The translations under genes were made by a program, and so were the position numbers. A DNA stretch of 60,278 nucleotides, counting the filler, from Stramenopiles sp. TOSAG23-6 (Eukaryota), in assembly GCA_900128565.1 (NCBI GenBank). It is 14 parts of 14 records of this genome, joined end to end, with 100 filler letters (N's around TTAATTAATTAA, not from the genome) between each part and the next. Parts side by side here need not be neighbours in the genome. Positions count along the whole stretch, not along the records: positions 56,078 to 60,278 come from LT637232.1; 13 more parts are not named here. One strand, written 5' to 3'. Positions 58,572 to 60,278 of the stretch are shown one piece after another. Under the pieces are notes generated by a model. That model did not search any database. It worked only from the letters and a program-made list of their open reading frames with translations, and was not told the origin of the DNA. Within the stretch, counting starts at the first letter, position 1; each line of letters starts with the position of its first letter.

Positions 58572-58978
58572 TGCTGGTTGTTGTACAGTAATTGTTTTCT
58601 CGATAGAAGAAGCAAAAATTACACTAAAGTTACGAATGAATATGTAAAGAGAGTAACACCTGTAACCCCTCTATAATAGGTAAGTTATAACGTGGCTTCC
58701 AGCTAGTCAAAAAAATAGCAGATTTGAAATTGTCTTGTTTTGAACAAGTGTGTTACCTATTATTTTATTTGTCTTATCTGTTTTATTTTCGTATAATCAT
58801 ATAAACCATTTTCATCTAGTTTGATAATGACATGTTGTAGGTACCCTATTTCATGCTTTGGAAGAATATAAATTCAATATAAATCATATTTTTTTTTTAT
58901 TATTATTATTATTATTATATAAATTGTAGTGCAAATTCAATATAAATCATATTATTTTTATTATTATTATTATTATTA

Positions 58979-59971
58979 TTATATAAATTGTAGTGCAAAC
59001 GCTCTATTCCCAAAGTTAGTATTAGCAAAGATATCAACTACAGAATTTTCTCTACTAGCACCAGCAGCAGCTAGACACTGAAAATCTTCAACTGGATTAA
59101 TACCAAGACAATATAGCGAACTTGTACCCTCTGTTGCTTTCACATGTATTGTAGTACAATATTTCAATTTGTAAAATTTGTTAGGTACAAAATTTCATAC
59201 CAAAAAAAAAATTTAAAAAAATAAAAAAAATCTTTTTTGTTTAGGTACAAAATTTTCATACAAGTAAAAAAACGTACGTGACTAATTAATTCACCATTAT
59301 GTTTCCAAGTAGATACGTAAGGTGACGCACCGACAGAAGAAAATTGATTTGGTTCTGACCCTAAACCAATTGGATGGCATTGAACCGCATTAACAACTTC
59401 ATTTGTTGACCACGCAAAAGTTCCTGAAAAACTTGTAGCATGTTTTATGAAAAAATATTTCAAATGTTTTTTTCATAGTAAATTTTGTACCTAACAAATT
59501 TTCAAAAAAAAAAAAAAAAAAAAGTTTTGTTTAGGTACAAAATTTCGTACCAAAAAAAAAATGAAATTCATGATGAAAACGTACATGTACTACGTGAAGA
59601 AATCCATTAGACTTTGTGGATTTCTGTTGTGTTACATTTGTACGTGATGTCTTATCTACAGACACACGTATTGTGAAAAAATATTTCAAAAAAAAATCTA
59701 AAAAAATCGTTAGGTACGAAATTTTTTTACCAAAAAAAAAAAAAATTAAATTAGAAATTCATATAAAAAATACACTAGTGACGTCACTTTCGTAACCACC
59801 TCCGATAATGATCCAATTCCCTGTATCATCAGCTCCAAGAGAACTAACCCAAGATTTTCTATGTTTTTCTTTCAAGTTTTTTCTTGTTGAAATATTTTTT
59901 AAAGTTATATTTGACATATCTATCTTATGAACTTGCTGTTCTGTACGAGGATCCCAAAATCGTACAGTTCC
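58979..59971 (-). CDS. THOC6: THO complex subunit 6-like WD40 protein, C-terminal 4 exons
   Basis: GTVRFWD, WVSSL...NWIIIGGG, AAAG...VDIFANTNFGNRAFALQF. Confidence 0.7.
59144..59277 (-). mobile_element. Introner-like intron GT..AT with tandem core (134 nt)
   Basis: AC|GTACGT...CAATACAT|. Confidence 0.8.
59440..59584 (-). mobile_element. Introner-like intron GT..AT with inverted second core (145 nt)
   Basis: AT|GTACGT...TAAAACAT|. Confidence 0.8.
59666..59773 (-). mobile_element. Introner-like intron GT..GT (108 nt)
   Basis: GT|GTATTT...CAATACGT|; in frame. Confidence 0.8.
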
Positions 59972-60072
59972 ATGTATTTTGGAAAAATATTTGAAAAAAA
60001 AAAACTTAAATTTGTTAGGTACAAAATGTCGTACGAAAACAAATTCGAATTTGAAAAAAAAAAAAAACATAC
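59972..60072 (-). mobile_element. Introner-like intron GT..AT (101 nt)
   Basis: AT|GTATGT...AAAATACAT|; upstream exon 60073-60219 does not look like WD40. Confidence 0.75.
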
Positions 60073-60278
60073 ATCTTGCTCGACAATTAGAGGTGCTCTC
60101 GAACTCGCAAACATCGAAAGACACATCAATGCTTTCTCGACTTCTGAAGCAGCATTCTTATTACGTAATAACATTTCGGGCAAATTACTTTTTAACTTTT
60201 TCAGGGCATCACAGACAGCATAAGTTTTGGAAAAATATTTCAAAAAAAAAATCGTTAGGTACAAAATTTCGTACGAAA

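Noticed and set aside
218-60264. Shared peptides such as [30 protein letters not shown] in many ORFs
   Set aside because: Translations of the intron in different frames, not a protein domain.
200-60278. Reading the inserts as U12-type AT-AC introns
   Set aside because: No RTATCCTT donor or TCCTTAAC close to the end; the AC is often changed (TAT, TCC, AAA, TGT) while G+1 is invariant; AG-ending members share the GT..NN register. The 2-nt ambiguity still needs lariat data.
200-60278. Ciliate-like IES (DNA elimination) or CRISPR-like repeats
   Set aside because: Strict sense orientation, donor and branch motifs and tolerance of mismatched flanks favour RNA splicing; copies are dispersed, not arrayed.
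1-60278. Alternative genetic code, tRNA/rRNA genes, transposase
   Set aside because: TAA, TAG and TGA all terminate recognisable genes; no RNA gene or transposase ORF recognised.

Overview
This is not contiguous DNA. It is about 14 contigs of ~4.2 kb from an AT-rich, gene-dense microbial eukaryote (standard code, TTAGGG-type repeats), joined by artificial N-TTAATTAATTAA-N spacers. One contig is duplicated exactly and one has a 55-bp terminal overlap. Recognisable genes: VPS53 (plus PX-like tail), CCDC12/Cwf18, STIL-like, TRAPPC12, CMC4, MAEA, THOC6, a bacterial-type sulfoacetaldehyde acetyltransferase (Xsc) with an N-terminal extension, RhoGAP, an amino-acid transporter, and MORN, ankyrin, Sel1, TPR and BEACH-like proteins. 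The main signal is one family of ~85-140 nt near-identical insertions that interrupts many of the genes, always in sense orientation. Consensus: GTAYGT-T-tract-AAATTCGAATTT-TTTCGTACGAAA-TTTTGTACCTAAC-T-tract-GAAATATTTTTC-CAAAATAC-NN. Removing them restores conserved reading frames, but they mostly do not end in AG. Hand count of 41 complete copies: 33 end in AT, 3 in GT, 1 in TT and 4 in AG. The last two bases usually repeat the last two bases of the upstream exon, like a 2-bp target-site duplication. I infer an introner-like mobile intron family spliced without the canonical AG acceptor; there is no RNA evidence here. An intergenic ~440-bp inverted-repeat element (44123-44564) carries the same core motif in its arms. 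All protein assignments come from motifs recognised by eye, not from database searches.
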